Assembly: GCA_963675495.1 (NCBI GenBank)
Contig: OY776215.1
Coordinates: 1,056,001 to 1,120,000 of the forward strand
Source of the DNA: an uncultured Methanolobus sp.
GTDB lineage: Archaea; Halobacteriota; Methanosarcinia; Methanosarcinales; Methanosarcinaceae
DNA: 64,000 bases
Direction of reading: 5' to 3'
The stretch's first letter is position 1; each line of letters opens with the position of its first letter. A program made the translations under genes and the position numbers. Below are positions 1 to 9,895 of the stretch, one piece after another. The notes beneath the pieces were generated by a model. It saw nothing but the letters and a program-made list of their open reading frames with translations, ran no database searches and had not been told where the DNA came from.

Positions 1-1151
1 ATGCTGAAGCCAGGTGTTTTATCAACAGGTTCAGATTCAGAATCAGGTTCAACTTCAGTTTCAATTGGCGTTTCTGCAGAAGCACCAATGCCCATGAACC
101 CAAGATAGTTAGTATCGAATTTGATGGTCTTTGCTTCCATATCCAGTACTGAATCTTCTATTTCATTCCACTGTTCGGTTTCACGATCATATGAGAATGC
201 TTTGAGAGTAAACTCATTTACCTGTCCGAAAGGAACACGGTGCTGGTCACCAATGAAATACGCTCCTGAAAGATCTTCACTGGTATATGATATGGTAACA
301 CTGGCTGGAACCTCAAGCACTTCTATTACAGGATTCGTGTATACATCTACACCAACTATTATTGCATCAGTTCCCTCTGGTAGATTTGTTGGATCAGGTG
401 TGGACATGTGTGACAGTGGTCGAATGAACACATTTGCAGTTTCATAGAGTGATCCTTCCCTGAAACTGATCTTTGTATTCCTAAATTCTATATTACCACC
501 TGCTGGTGCTATGGTGCCGTTACCAGTGCTTGCTTTTCGAATAATGGTTCCATTCTTGGATTCATTTTTATCGCTAGCTGAAAGTGTAGCATTGTGATTC
601 CCCGGACTTACAGGATCTTCCAGATTACCCGTATCTGTTCCATCATTGGTATGCCTCATTCGCAACACATGGCCAAACTCATGCATAGCTACCACAACAG
701 GATCAAGACTATTGTTTCCGGTTATGTTCCAACCGGATGGTGCTTTTCCATTCCACAGTTCATCAGAAAGGTTTGTGTCGAATACTATTGACAGGTTGGA
801 TATACGGCCATTGGCATCCCTTGAATTAAAATCAGTTGCATGAGCACCACCTGAATTCTCCGATGCAGGTATGTCTTTCAATATGATGGTCACCTGACAT
901 GGAACTGTGGCACTTTCAGTTAGCTTCCATCCTGTTTCTGCATCATTCCAGTTCTTTGCTGCATCTCTTGTCCAGTTCTTCCATTGGTCTGTCACGTTTG
1001 AATCAAAGCAATAGTGAACCTCTGTTTTATACTGGCTTTTGTTGTCTACTGTGACATTATGCCAGTCCCAGCTGTCATCAAATTCAGCACTAACAGGTAA
1101 TGACATCACGATTAACCCCAATAGTACAAGTACTACGTATTTCATTTTCAT
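1..1151 (-). CDS. Secreted matrixin/metzincin-like Zn protease with probable PGF-CTERM anchor (3' end runs off the window; absent from ORF track)
   Basis: Manual translation from ATG at 1151: signal peptide MKMKYVVLVLLGLIVMSLPVSA, Zn motif HEFGHVLRMRH (683-651), acidic linker, then KTPGFS at the window edge. Confidence 0.8.
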   Translation of the reverse strand, partial: MKMKYVVLVLLGLIVMSLPVSAEFDDSWDWHNVTVDNKSQYKTEVHYCFDSNVTDQWKNWTRDAAKNWNDAETGWKLTESATVPCQVTIILKDIPASENSGGAHATDFNSRDANGRISNLSIVFDTNLSDELWNGKAPSGWNITGNNSLDPVVVAMHEFGHVLRMRHTNDGTDTGNLEDPVSPGNHNATLSASDKNESKNGTIIRKASTGNGTIAPAGGNIEFRNTKISFREGSLYETANVFIRPLSHMSTPDPTNLPEGTDAIIVGVDVYTNPVIEVLEVPASVTISYTSEDLSGAYFIGDQHRVPFGQVNEFTLKAFSYDRETEQWNEIEDSVLDMEAKTIKFDTNYLGFMGIGASAETPIETEVEPDSESEPVDKTPGFS

Positions 1152-1401
1152 GTACAAATATCTCCTTTGAGTTAAATACCGGGTTTTGCATAGCAAACGC
1201 TGTTTCTGAGTAAGCAAACCCGCCCCATATTGAACATGAATAATAGCAATTTAAGTTATGTGGTCAACTTAGAAAATACTATGAAAAAGACTGTATGCTG
1301 ATATCATCTACTTTACGAGTCATCATACCATAAAATGTACGATATGTTTATACACTTTTAAAGAAGAGACCCGACAGGTTCGTAAAAATTTTGGTGATTC
1401 C

Positions 1402-2349
1402 ATGAGTCAAAAGCATTCTACAAAAGGAAAAAGAAAAACACCTGAAAAACAGAAAGTTAACATCAAAATGTTGCCACTTGTTCTGGGAGTACTACTTATG
1501 ATAGCAGGTGTCATCGGAATAATTAGCAGTTCTGATGATCAGGCTAAGTGGTCTGTTTCCGACGAAGGTATTCTTTCTTACTCACAAATAGAAGATGGAC
1601 AATACACTGTAGGCGAGGTTACAACAACAGACCACAATGACTCTGTTAAAGAGGTCACATTCAAAAGCAGGGACTCTGATATTGAAGGACTGATAAGGAT
1701 ACCTGAGTCAGGTACAAGTGTACCCGGTGTTGTGGTCCTTCCCGGAGCTGGTATATCCAAAGAACGACAAACTGCTGTTCCTGGGTTGCTCTCTGAATTG
1801 GGATATGCCTCCATAACCATTGACCAGAGGAATCTTGGTGGGATAGACCCGCAGACAGACCTTGAACTTTTCATAGATGGCGAGGAGCCAGTGGAATATA
1901 TGATGATACATGATTCATTGGTGGCTGCAAATGTCCTTGGAGACCAGCCGGAAGTCAATGGCGAAAATATTGCAATGCTTGGACTTAGTAACGGTGGAAG
2001 GTTTGCCATAATCGCAACTGCGATCAACCCTGAAATAAAGGGTGTTCTGGCTATCAGTACAAGCGGATATGATACCGATACTATTCTTGTTGATGAAAAC
2101 ACAGACAAGGACGCATATCTGTTCTACAGGTCTATAGACCCTGACAATTATCTGGATAAAATTACACAACGCAGGTTTGTCATGTTCCACTCCATCAACG
2201 ACAGCATTATACCATATGAACTGGCACAACGCAGTTTTAACAAATCACCGGAACCAAAGGCATTCTACAGCATTAATGGCAGTGGCCACGGATACAGCAC
2301 ACTTATGGACCCGGGAATTGAAACGGAACTTGAACTCATATTCCTATAG
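1402..2349 (+). CDS. Membrane-anchored alpha/beta hydrolase
   Basis: N-terminal TM helix, GLSNG nucleophile elbow, D-x-x-I-P and GHG triad-like motifs. Confidence 0.8.
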   Translation: MSQKHSTKGKRKTPEKQKVNIKMLPLVLGVLLMIAGVIGIISSSDDQAKWSVSDEGILSYSQIEDGQYTVGEVTTTDHNDSVKEVTFKSRDSDIEGLIRIPESGTSVPGVVVLPGAGISKERQTAVPGLLSELGYASITIDQRNLGGIDPQTDLELFIDGEEPVEYMMIHDSLVAANVLGDQPEVNGENIAMLGLSNGGRFAIIATAINPEIKGVLAISTSGYDTDTILVDENTDKDAYLFYRSIDPDNYLDKITQRRFVMFHSINDSIIPYELAQRSFNKSPEPKAFYSINGSGHGYSTLMDPGIETELELIFL

Positions 2350-2373
2350 CTTCAACCAGTTTAGAAAATAAAA

Positions 2374-2392
2374 ATGGGAAATAATTTCCCAT
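2374..2392. terminator. Inverted repeat between convergent genes
   Basis: ATGGGAAA-TAA-TTTCCCAT, 8-bp stem. Confidence 0.45.
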
Positions 2393-2416
2393 CTATCCAC
2401 TTAGTTATTTATTTGT

Positions 2417-3568
2417 TTATTTTACAACAATGGTACCTTTTATTGCAGCATTGTTTGCCACACTGAATGTGTAAATACCAGGCTCCTCAAAGGTGTAAGT
2501 GAATATCTTACCGTAATAGATAGTCTGGTCATCCCACAATCCATCGTCACTTACAAGCACAACAGGAAACTTGGGTCTCTGTAGATTTCTCCAGGTAACA
2601 GTTTCTCCGGCATCAATTTCTATTGAACCGGGAGTAGCTATTCGAATAAGAAGAAACTCATTGGTGTGATCTACAATCTGCTCACGCTCCATTGAACGGA
2701 CAGGTTCGCCTGCCTCATCTCCCATCATCACTTCTGGACCTGGTGCCATCATAGCACCATTGGCAGGAGTATCAACTACCGATGTCATTCCCTTTTCTAT
2801 AACCACAACAGTTCCTGTTATTGCTGGCTTATCCTGAGCTTGGAATGTGTATGTGCCGGTTTCTTCAAAAGTGTAAGAGAATGCCTTACCATAGTAGATG
2901 GTCTGGTCATCCCAAAGTCCCTCATCACTCATAAGCACGACAGGAAACTTGGGTCTCTGTAAATTTTTCCATGTGACGGTCTCTCCTACATAGACTTCCA
3001 GTGCCGTTGGTGTTGCTACACGAACAATAAGGAAGTCATGTCCATGCGCCATTGCCTGTTCCCGCTCAGGTCCCATCGGACTGACCATCCCCGTCCTATC
3101 CCTCATCACGGCTTCCGGGCCAGGTACCATCATACTCTCCTCTTCAGAAGTGTCGATAACAGATGACATTCTTTTTTCATTAACCACAACTGTTCCGCTT
3201 ATTGCAGGATTGTCCATTGCGCTGAATGTGTAAGTACCAGGCTCTTCAAATGTGTAGGAGAATATCTTACCGTAATAGATAGTATGATCATCCCACAGTC
3301 CTTCGTCACTTATAAGCACAATCGGAAATTTGGGTCTCTGCAGATTCCTCCAGGTTACCGTATCACCCACTGAGATCTCAATCGATTCAGGAGTGGCAAC
3401 CTTGATCATCAAAACCTCATGTTTTTGTGAACTTGTTTCCACAGATTTAACAGATAGGTCCGTGACACTCACATAAGGACCATCAGCAGCCGATGACACT
3501 GCTACTAACAAAGTAGATGCTGTTATGAATACAGCTATAACTAATGCCATTGTTCTAATGTATTTCAT
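2417..3568 (-). CDS. Secreted protein with three tandem cupredoxin-like domains
   Basis: Start MKYIRT at 3568 after GGAGG; signal peptide; three repeats of GxTVTWxN...FSYTFEEPGTYTF...GTVVV with Met/Pro-rich linkers. Confidence 0.8.
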   Translation of the reverse strand: MKYIRTMALVIAVFITASTLLVAVSSAADGPYVSVTDLSVKSVETSSQKHEVLMIKVATPESIEISVGDTVTWRNLQRPKFPIVLISDEGLWDDHTIYYGKIFSYTFEEPGTYTFSAMDNPAISGTVVVNEKRMSSVIDTSEEESMMVPGPEAVMRDRTGMVSPMGPEREQAMAHGHDFLIVRVATPTALEVYVGETVTWKNLQRPKFPVVLMSDEGLWDDQTIYYGKAFSYTFEETGTYTFQAQDKPAITGTVVVIEKGMTSVVDTPANGAMMAPGPEVMMGDEAGEPVRSMEREQIVDHTNEFLLIRIATPGSIEIDAGETVTWRNLQRPKFPVVLVSDDGLWDDQTIYYGKIFTYTFEEPGIYTFSVANNAAIKGTIVVK

Positions 3569-3759
3569 AAGAAGATTCCTCCCTGAGTTCCCCTCCTCAT
3601 ATATATTTTGTACTCGATTCCATATAGCCAAAACCATAAGGATATGACAAATGATGAATGAATATTCCAATGCTTTTAGAAAAGTAGAAAGCTAGAAGAA
3701 TATGAAACATTTTTCCAATGATTATATATGCATTTAAAAGCAAAGTAGAATGGGGTTTT

Positions 3760-4629
3760 ATGCAGTCTTCTTTACTTGACACGTTATTCCTTTCTGAAAA
3801 AAGAAAGGAATTGTTACTGTTCCTGAAAGACGGTACAAAAAAATCGGATGACATAAAGGCAGCTTTTGATTTCCCCTGGAAGTCTATGATACCACAGATA
3901 AAGAGACTTGTCGAATGGGATCTGATAACCTACAATAAAGGTAGTTGTAACCTTACTATCATGGGCGATATCGTTGTCGAGAATATGGAACACTTCATGG
4001 GTACCCTGAAAACTCATGAGCAATACAGGAGCTACTGGTTGGAACACGACACTAGTCCTATACCAAAAGAGTTACTCTATAGAATAGGTGAACTTGGGCA
4101 TTGTGAAATTAGTGAACCAACCCTCCCGAATATATTTGAACAACAGGAAGAGGTGCTAAAAAGGATAGATGGTTCACAAAGAATTATGGCTTTTGTTTCT
4201 GTATATCATCCTGCACAACTTATTATATTTTCTGAATTCATGGAAAATGGGACAAAACTTGATCTGATAATGACGGAAGAAGTCTACAAAACCATCAAGG
4301 GAGAGATACAACCAAACATCAGCATTCTTCAGAATGGGAATTCAATTTTCACATCGTTGAAAAAGGAATATGAGAAAGAGATGGAGAATCTTTTCAAAGA
4401 CCAAAAGTCGAGAATATTTATTTACAGAGACAGTATGAAACCTCCATGCATCATTGTAACTGACAGATTTCTCTCACTGGCACTTCTTGACAATGAAGGG
4501 AGATATGATAATTCAAGTATCATAAGTTCCGAGTCTTCAGCAGTCTTGTGGGGAGAGAGACTTTTCAGCCATTATAGAGATAGGTCGGATAGACTGCCAG
4601 AAAAGGAAAGAGGTTCAATTAAAATGTAA
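3760..4629 (+). CDS. Winged-helix transcriptional regulator, DUF1724/ArsR-like methanogen family
   Basis: LFLSEKRKELLLFLKDG N-terminal wHTH and WGERLFSHY C-terminus; paralogous to 54527 and 55665. Confidence 0.85.
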   Translation: MQSSLLDTLFLSEKRKELLLFLKDGTKKSDDIKAAFDFPWKSMIPQIKRLVEWDLITYNKGSCNLTIMGDIVVENMEHFMGTLKTHEQYRSYWLEHDTSPIPKELLYRIGELGHCEISEPTLPNIFEQQEEVLKRIDGSQRIMAFVSVYHPAQLIIFSEFMENGTKLDLIMTEEVYKTIKGEIQPNISILQNGNSIFTSLKKEYEKEMENLFKDQKSRIFIYRDSMKPPCIIVTDRFLSLALLDNEGRYDNSSIISSESSAVLWGERLFSHYRDRSDRLPEKERGSIKM

Positions 4630-4631
4630 GA

Positions 4632-4654
4632 GGATGGACTGAATACAGTCATCC
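4632..4654. terminator. Hairpin between convergent ORFs
   Basis: GGATGGACTG-AATA-CAGTCATCC directly after the stop codon at 4629. Confidence 0.4.
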
Positions 4655-4692
4655 AAAAAAGTGGGATATTTAATCTTTCAGATGTTACCGTT

Positions 4693-4836
4693 TTACCGTA
4701 TACGTATGAAAGCCTGACCGCATGATGAATAAAAGCCCTGTTCTTCTTTTTGTAGACCAGATGTCTCATCTGCCATTGGAATTTGCAAGCGCACACCAGT
4801 ATCATTTTTCTGTTTAGATCGCATTTCTGTAACCAT
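4693..4836 (-). CDS. Small hypothetical protein, 47 aa (not in ORF track)
   Basis: MVTEMRSKQKNDTGVRLQIPMADETSGLQKEEQGFYSSCGQAFIRIR; GAGGGTGA 3 nt before ATG; TATA-like TTTATATA near 4907-4900. Confidence 0.55.
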   Translation of the reverse strand: MVTEMRSKQKNDTGVRLQIPMADETSGLQKEEQGFYSSCGQAFIRIR

Positions 4837-5010
4837 AATTCACCCTCATTGCTCAAAGTATTCATTTTTTTAATACTTTTCATAGTATACTAATAATTAT
4901 ATATAAACTTTCTTTAGTTAGAACTCATGTTAAACGAATATAAGATATATGAACGCTGCATTATTTTAGATAGATAAAATACCACAATGTTTCAGAGACA
5001 GGATGAAGGC

Positions 5011-5715
5011 ATGAAAGACAAAAAGATCAAAGGTGTCATTTTTGATATGGATAATACACTTTTTGATTTTGTGAAAGCTAAAATAGCTGCCTGCACAGCC
5101 ATTGTAGAGCACATTGGTACAGGTGACCCTCATGAACTCTTAGCTTATTTTCGAAGAGGTAAATATGGCTTTGAGGACATTGAAAACATAAGCGATTATC
5201 TTGTTGAATACAAAGTATACACTCAAGAGAGATTTTATGAATGCTGTACGATATACGAGAGAGAAAAGATTAGCACCATTGAACTTTATCCTGATGTAAA
5301 AAGAACAATGATCGAACTGAAAAGCATGGAGCTGAATATAGGTATACTAACAGATGCCGACAACATAAATGCAAGTAAGAGACTTAGAAAAGTTGGTTTG
5401 TGCGGATGTTTCGATTCACTTTTCACCTTTGATCAGACAGGATGGAAGAAACCTTCACATAAACCTTTCATGTATGCATTAGATTCAATGGGACTTAACG
5501 CTCATGAGACACTGTTTGTGGGAGACAGTCTCAGGCGGGACATTGAGCCTTCAAAACAGATTGGAATGCTGGCTGTCCACGCAATATACGGCGACTGTAA
5601 TCCTTCAGTCGATAGCCAGCTTGTAGAAGAAATACCAGACCATGTGATCAATAAGTTCAGGGATCTGCTAACTATAATTCAAAATGGGAACAAGTATCAA
5701 TATGACAGAATATGA
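5011..5715 (+). CDS. HAD-superfamily hydrolase
   Basis: FDMDNTL motif I, KP motif III, VGDSLRRD motif IV; start 5011 or 4987. Confidence 0.9.
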   Translation: MKDKKIKGVIFDMDNTLFDFVKAKIAACTAIVEHIGTGDPHELLAYFRRGKYGFEDIENISDYLVEYKVYTQERFYECCTIYEREKISTIELYPDVKRTMIELKSMELNIGILTDADNINASKRLRKVGLCGCFDSLFTFDQTGWKKPSHKPFMYALDSMGLNAHETLFVGDSLRRDIEPSKQIGMLAVHAIYGDCNPSVDSQLVEEIPDHVINKFRDLLTIIQNGNKYQYDRI

Positions 5716-6910
5716 TGTTGTTGTCGTCGGAGCCGGACCCATTGGCTCTACGGCTGCAAGATATGCCGCAATGCATGGCGCACGAACGCTGATGGTTGAA
5801 GACCATTCATTTATAGGAAGCCCCGTTGGATGCACAGGACTCCTGAGTACCCGGGCAGTCAGTGAATGTGACATAAAGCCATCGGATGATTTTGTACTTA
5901 ATTCTGTAAGAGGTGCCTTTGTGCATCCAATGACCGGATCATGCCTCCCTATCGATGGCAAAAAGACGAAGGCATACGTTGTTTCCAGAAAGATATTCGA
6001 CCGGCGCTTAGCTGCAATGACACTGGGGGAAAATGTGGACCTCTGGCTGAACTCAAAGGTGAATGCTATCGAAAAAGCGGACGGGAAACAAAAGGTATCC
6101 ATAATCAGAAATGGGCAGCCTGAAACCATAAAAGCAAATGTGGTAATTGGTGCAGATGGTGTTCGCAGCAAGGTTGCAAAGATGGCCGGACTTGGAAATG
6201 TAATTAAAGTATTGCCAGGGATACAGGCAGAAGTGCCTTATCGCTCAGATGACACGGATTTTGTAGAATTATTCGTAGGCTCACAGGCACCTGGTTTCTT
6301 TGCGTGGGCGGTTCCTGTGAACGAGAACATATCCCGCATAGGAATGGCAATAGACCCCGGACACAGGAATGCTACAGTGGCAAAGCAGCTGCTTGATAAA
6401 TTGCTGACAAATAACTCACACATTGCCTCAAGATATGGCGGTGGAAAACTTGACCTTGTGATGGGCGGAATACCACTTGGACCACTTGAGAAGACATATT
6501 CAGACGGAGTAATTGTTGTAGGAGATGCCGCAGGCCAGGTCAAACCCACATCAGGCGGCGGAATATATACGGGTGCGGTCTGTGCGAAGATAGCAGGAGA
6601 AATCGCTGCCAGAGCTGTTATTGAAGAAAATAATTCAGCGAATTACCTTTCAGAATATGACAGGAGATGGCGGGCTAAAATTGGGAAGGAGCTTGCCATG
6701 GGAATGAGGATACATCGGTTCATCGGCGGTCTTGAAGACAGTGAACTCGATGGACTTATAGGCTCGATGAACAATCCAGCTATACTTGACACAATTACGC
6801 GCTATGGAGATATGGACCATCCATCAATACTCATAAAGAAAATGTTGCACCCTTCAAAGTCAGTGCATATGTTAAAGGTCTTCAGAGCATTTGCAAAAGC
6901 TGTTCTTTGA
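5702..6910 (+). CDS. Geranylgeranyl reductase family FAD protein (probable digeranylgeranylglycerophospholipid reductase)
   Basis: GAGPIG Rossmann motif, GADG, GFFAWAVP, GDAAGQVKPTSGGGI. Confidence 0.85.
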   Translation: MTEYDVVVVGAGPIGSTAARYAAMHGARTLMVEDHSFIGSPVGCTGLLSTRAVSECDIKPSDDFVLNSVRGAFVHPMTGSCLPIDGKKTKAYVVSRKIFDRRLAAMTLGENVDLWLNSKVNAIEKADGKQKVSIIRNGQPETIKANVVIGADGVRSKVAKMAGLGNVIKVLPGIQAEVPYRSDDTDFVELFVGSQAPGFFAWAVPVNENISRIGMAIDPGHRNATVAKQLLDKLLTNNSHIASRYGGGKLDLVMGGIPLGPLEKTYSDGVIVVGDAAGQVKPTSGGGIYTGAVCAKIAGEIAARAVIEENNSANYLSEYDRRWRAKIGKELAMGMRIHRFIGGLEDSELDGLIGSMNNPAILDTITRYGDMDHPSILIKKMLHPSKSVHMLKVFRAFAKAVL

Positions 6911-6926
6911 ATGAAAAGTGCTCAGC

Positions 6927-7430
6927 CTAATAGATGCTTACACCCTTTACAGAATCGAGTTTGAGCAATTCTTCTACGATGCTGCCTGGAACCTTGGTAT
7001 CTGTGATGATAGTGAGCTTTGGTTCGGTGACGAAAAAAGGATCATCTGATACTGCTTGCCTGATACTGATGTTGTGCTGTGATATAACTGTGGATACCTC
7101 AGAGATTATACCTTTGTGAGAAGCATCATCCGGTGATATTATAACGACACCCTGTCCCATCAGGGGTGCCACATCACGAAGGAAGGGTATGGATCTGACA
7201 TTCTGGAAGATCTTCTTTAGCAGTTCGTCGGAAAGTATTACCTCAGTAGTTGAATCCACAACACGCCGGTCAACACCTGCTTCCCTGGCAAGCTGTGTAT
7301 GAGCTATCTCTATTGCACCAGAGGTAACCTTACCATCATCATTGACCTGAAAACCACGTTCAAAAAGAATCTTTAATACCTTTTGCTGGGCGGGGTATTT
7401 TTCGAACTTACTGAGTAATGTGCTCCACAT
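6927..7430 (-). CDS. ACT-domain amino-acid-binding regulator (archaeal family)
   Basis: HTH-like LAREAGVDRRVV plus ACT-like GIISEVSTVISQHNISIRQ. Confidence 0.8.
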   Translation of the reverse strand: MWSTLLSKFEKYPAQQKVLKILFERGFQVNDDGKVTSGAIEIAHTQLAREAGVDRRVVDSTTEVILSDELLKKIFQNVRSIPFLRDVAPLMGQGVVIISPDDASHKGIISEVSTVISQHNISIRQAVSDDPFFVTEPKLTIITDTKVPGSIVEELLKLDSVKGVSIY

Positions 7431-7693
7431 ATTAATCATGTAATCATTTAAATTATAAAGATTTACGGTTAAGTTAATGTGGTTCAGACTAATCAAATGT
7501 ACAAAAATTATGAAAGAAAAGACATTTTAAGTATAAGGTCGTTTATGACAGTCTACAATTCATCTTTCAATAAAGATAATAATCCGGAGTAAAATCACTT
7601 TCTTATGTGATTTTGGAATATTGATATTAACTCATTTCTACAATTGATCATAAACTCCGGGATCTTTACGATTTACACCAAAGGAGGTATTTA

Positions 7694-9049
7694 ATGAAAA
7701 TATACAAGGATTATGAAGACCTTCCAAAAATAAAATTGCCACTTGGGCAAGAGGTTTCTATCAGCGACAGCACAATCAGGGACGGGGCACAGATGCCTGG
7801 TATTGTGATGAAGAGCCAGCAGAAATTTCAGATATACAATTACTTGCACGATATAGGAATTGAGAAGCTTGAGACATTCGTTTACAACGACAGGGACCGA
7901 AAAGCTATCAAGCTCATGATGGATCAGGGATATGAATTTCCGGAAATCACCGGATGGGCACGTGCAAACCCTGCTGATATAGACATGGTCCTCAACATTG
8001 ACGGCATAGAAGAAACCGGCATCCTCATGTCAGTTTCTGATCCGCATATCTTCGATAAGATGGGGCTTCCTACCCGTGAGGCAGCAGAAGAAAAATACCT
8101 CAATACGCTTCAGTACGCAGTGGACCATGGTCTTCGCACAAGGGCACATATTGAGGATATGACCCGTGCAGACAATTATGATTTCACCTTCCCCCTAATT
8201 AAGAAGATAATGGACATTGACCCGGATTGTACCATACGCATATGTGATACTATCGGATTTGGCGTACCATTTGTTGATGTTGACGAACCATTCGGAATAC
8301 CGACCATCGTGAAACACCTCAAAGATGAACTCAATGTCAAGAATATTGAGACACACTGCCATGATGATTTTGGTCTGGCTGTTGCTAACTCCATCTCAGG
8401 GTACTGGCACGGTGCCAACTGGTCAAACGTAACTTTCCTGGGAATCGGAGAAAGAGCAGGTAATGCGGAAATGGAAAAGCTCCTGCTGTTCCTTGCAAGG
8501 CGTATAGAAGGATTTGACAAATATAACCTTGAATCCCTTGTCGAGTTTGCAAAATTCATGGAAAGGGAGATTGGTATTCGCATCCCAAGAAACAAGTCTG
8601 TTATCGGGAAAAATGTATTTGCCCACGAATCAGGCATTCACTCTGCAGGTGTCATCAAGAACCCATTCACATACGAACCCTATCCTCCTGAGATCGTTGG
8701 TGGGAAGAGGATATTCCTCATAGGTGATTCATCTGGTATCGAGGTTCTGAGATACAAGGTTCAGGAAACACTGAACGAACTAATGGATGTACAGATAGAG
8801 ATCGGTAAAGATGACAAGCGTCTGCGTGCTATCCAGACAGACATTCAGAAGCTCTATAATGATGAGAAAAGAGTTTCCTGCATATCTGACGAAGAGATCA
8901 TGGCTTACGTGAAGAAGTATTTCATGTTCAACTCCATAGTAAGTAAGGATATGCACCGCAACGACGAAGATGATGAGAACGGTGACAATGAGGTTGAAAC
9001 TGACAACCTTGGTAATACGAAAGCTCGTATGCATGACATTATAGACTAA
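7694..9049 (+). CDS. DRE-TIM metallolyase, probable Re-citrate synthase (LeuA/homocitrate synthase family)
   Basis: DSTIRDGAQ, ETGILMSVSD, RAHIEDMTRAD, HCHDDFG, GIGERAGN; GGAGGT ribosome-binding site. Confidence 0.8.
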   Translation: MKIYKDYEDLPKIKLPLGQEVSISDSTIRDGAQMPGIVMKSQQKFQIYNYLHDIGIEKLETFVYNDRDRKAIKLMMDQGYEFPEITGWARANPADIDMVLNIDGIEETGILMSVSDPHIFDKMGLPTREAAEEKYLNTLQYAVDHGLRTRAHIEDMTRADNYDFTFPLIKKIMDIDPDCTIRICDTIGFGVPFVDVDEPFGIPTIVKHLKDELNVKNIETHCHDDFGLAVANSISGYWHGANWSNVTFLGIGERAGNAEMEKLLLFLARRIEGFDKYNLESLVEFAKFMEREIGIRIPRNKSVIGKNVFAHESGIHSAGVIKNPFTYEPYPPEIVGGKRIFLIGDSSGIEVLRYKVQETLNELMDVQIEIGKDDKRLRAIQTDIQKLYNDEKRVSCISDEEIMAYVKKYFMFNSIVSKDMHRNDEDDENGDNEVETDNLGNTKARMHDIID

Positions 9050-9092
9050 GACAAAATCAGACAAGCAAACTATTGTGTTTGTAACTTATAGA

Positions 9093-9114
9093 TATGGTGG
9101 AGATTTCCACCATA
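9093..9114. terminator. Inverted repeat between convergent genes
   Basis: TATGGTGGA-GATT-TCCACCATA, 9-bp stem. Confidence 0.45.
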
Positions 9115-9140
9115 CAATTATTTCGCTATGAAAAAAGATA

Positions 9141-9335
9141 TTACTTGGTTCCTTCAGGATCCTTTATCTCAATTATATCCGCTACGGGAGCATTCTTTTT
9201 TACGGATTCAATTCCATGCATACAAGCAGCTTTGCTCGAATATGCCTGACCTGTTGCGATTACTTCTCCGTTTGGAGCTTTTAGCCTGAATCTGTATTTT
9301 CCAATCTTGTCTGTGAACACTTCAAATTTTGGCAT
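9141..9335 (-). CDS. YegP/DUF1508 family protein
   Basis: KFEVFTD..GKYRFRLKAPNGEVIATGQAYSSK. Confidence 0.9.
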   Translation of the reverse strand: MPKFEVFTDKIGKYRFRLKAPNGEVIATGQAYSSKAACMHGIESVKKNAPVADIIEIKDPEGTK

Positions 9336-9775
9336 TTTATCACTTTCTCCTTTAATTCAAAATTGGGAAAATATACACTAACAATATTCTCCCCCAATAA
9401 ACATTATAAGTGTCTATTAAAAAAGTTTGTGATTTTATGCACTAGTTGAATGGACATTCCAAAGTTGTTGCATGCAACACAAAACGTGAAAATAGATAAT
9501 GAAATAAAAAGAAAATAAAGGAGATGAAGATTCATCCGGCATCGAAGTATTGAGATATAATAACGAGAAAAGAGTTCCGGCATAAAGACATTAGAATTGA
9601 ATACATTGATTCTTCAAAGTTCCGAAAGCACCTATTGAACATCACTGCATTTCAAATATTATTGAAACCGTCACCTTTAAATATAGATTAATTAATTATA
9701 TATTATCGGTTTTGTAAGAATACTCCAATACCGCGCTGATGAGTTTCATGAGATATTAAATTTGGTAAAAATGAA

Positions 9776-9894
9776 ATGCTCGAACTTGATTCGAATCCCA
9801 CGGATACCATTGTCCAGAAACATCATTTGGATTGAGACTTGCTTGGACAGCTATGGAAAAGCTTGGTGAATTAACAACAAACAGAGGATATTAA
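9776..9894 (+). pseudogene. Frameshifted remnant of an FmdE N-terminus
   Basis: After a 1-nt shift reads FESHGYHCPETSFGLRLAWTAMEKLG, which aligns with [26 protein letters not shown] of the next gene. Confidence 0.65.
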
Positions 9895-9895
9895 A

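Noticed and set aside
121-843. Plus-strand ORFs of 65-108 aa, and similar short ORFs overlapping long genes throughout the window
   Set aside because: Antisense or alternate-frame shadows of well-supported genes, with no motifs of their own
9736-9790. CTGATGAG...CTCGAAC resembling a hammerhead ribozyme core or TPP riboswitch
   Set aside because: No CGAAA with stems I/III and a cleavage triplet; the 3' part is better explained as the FmdE relic
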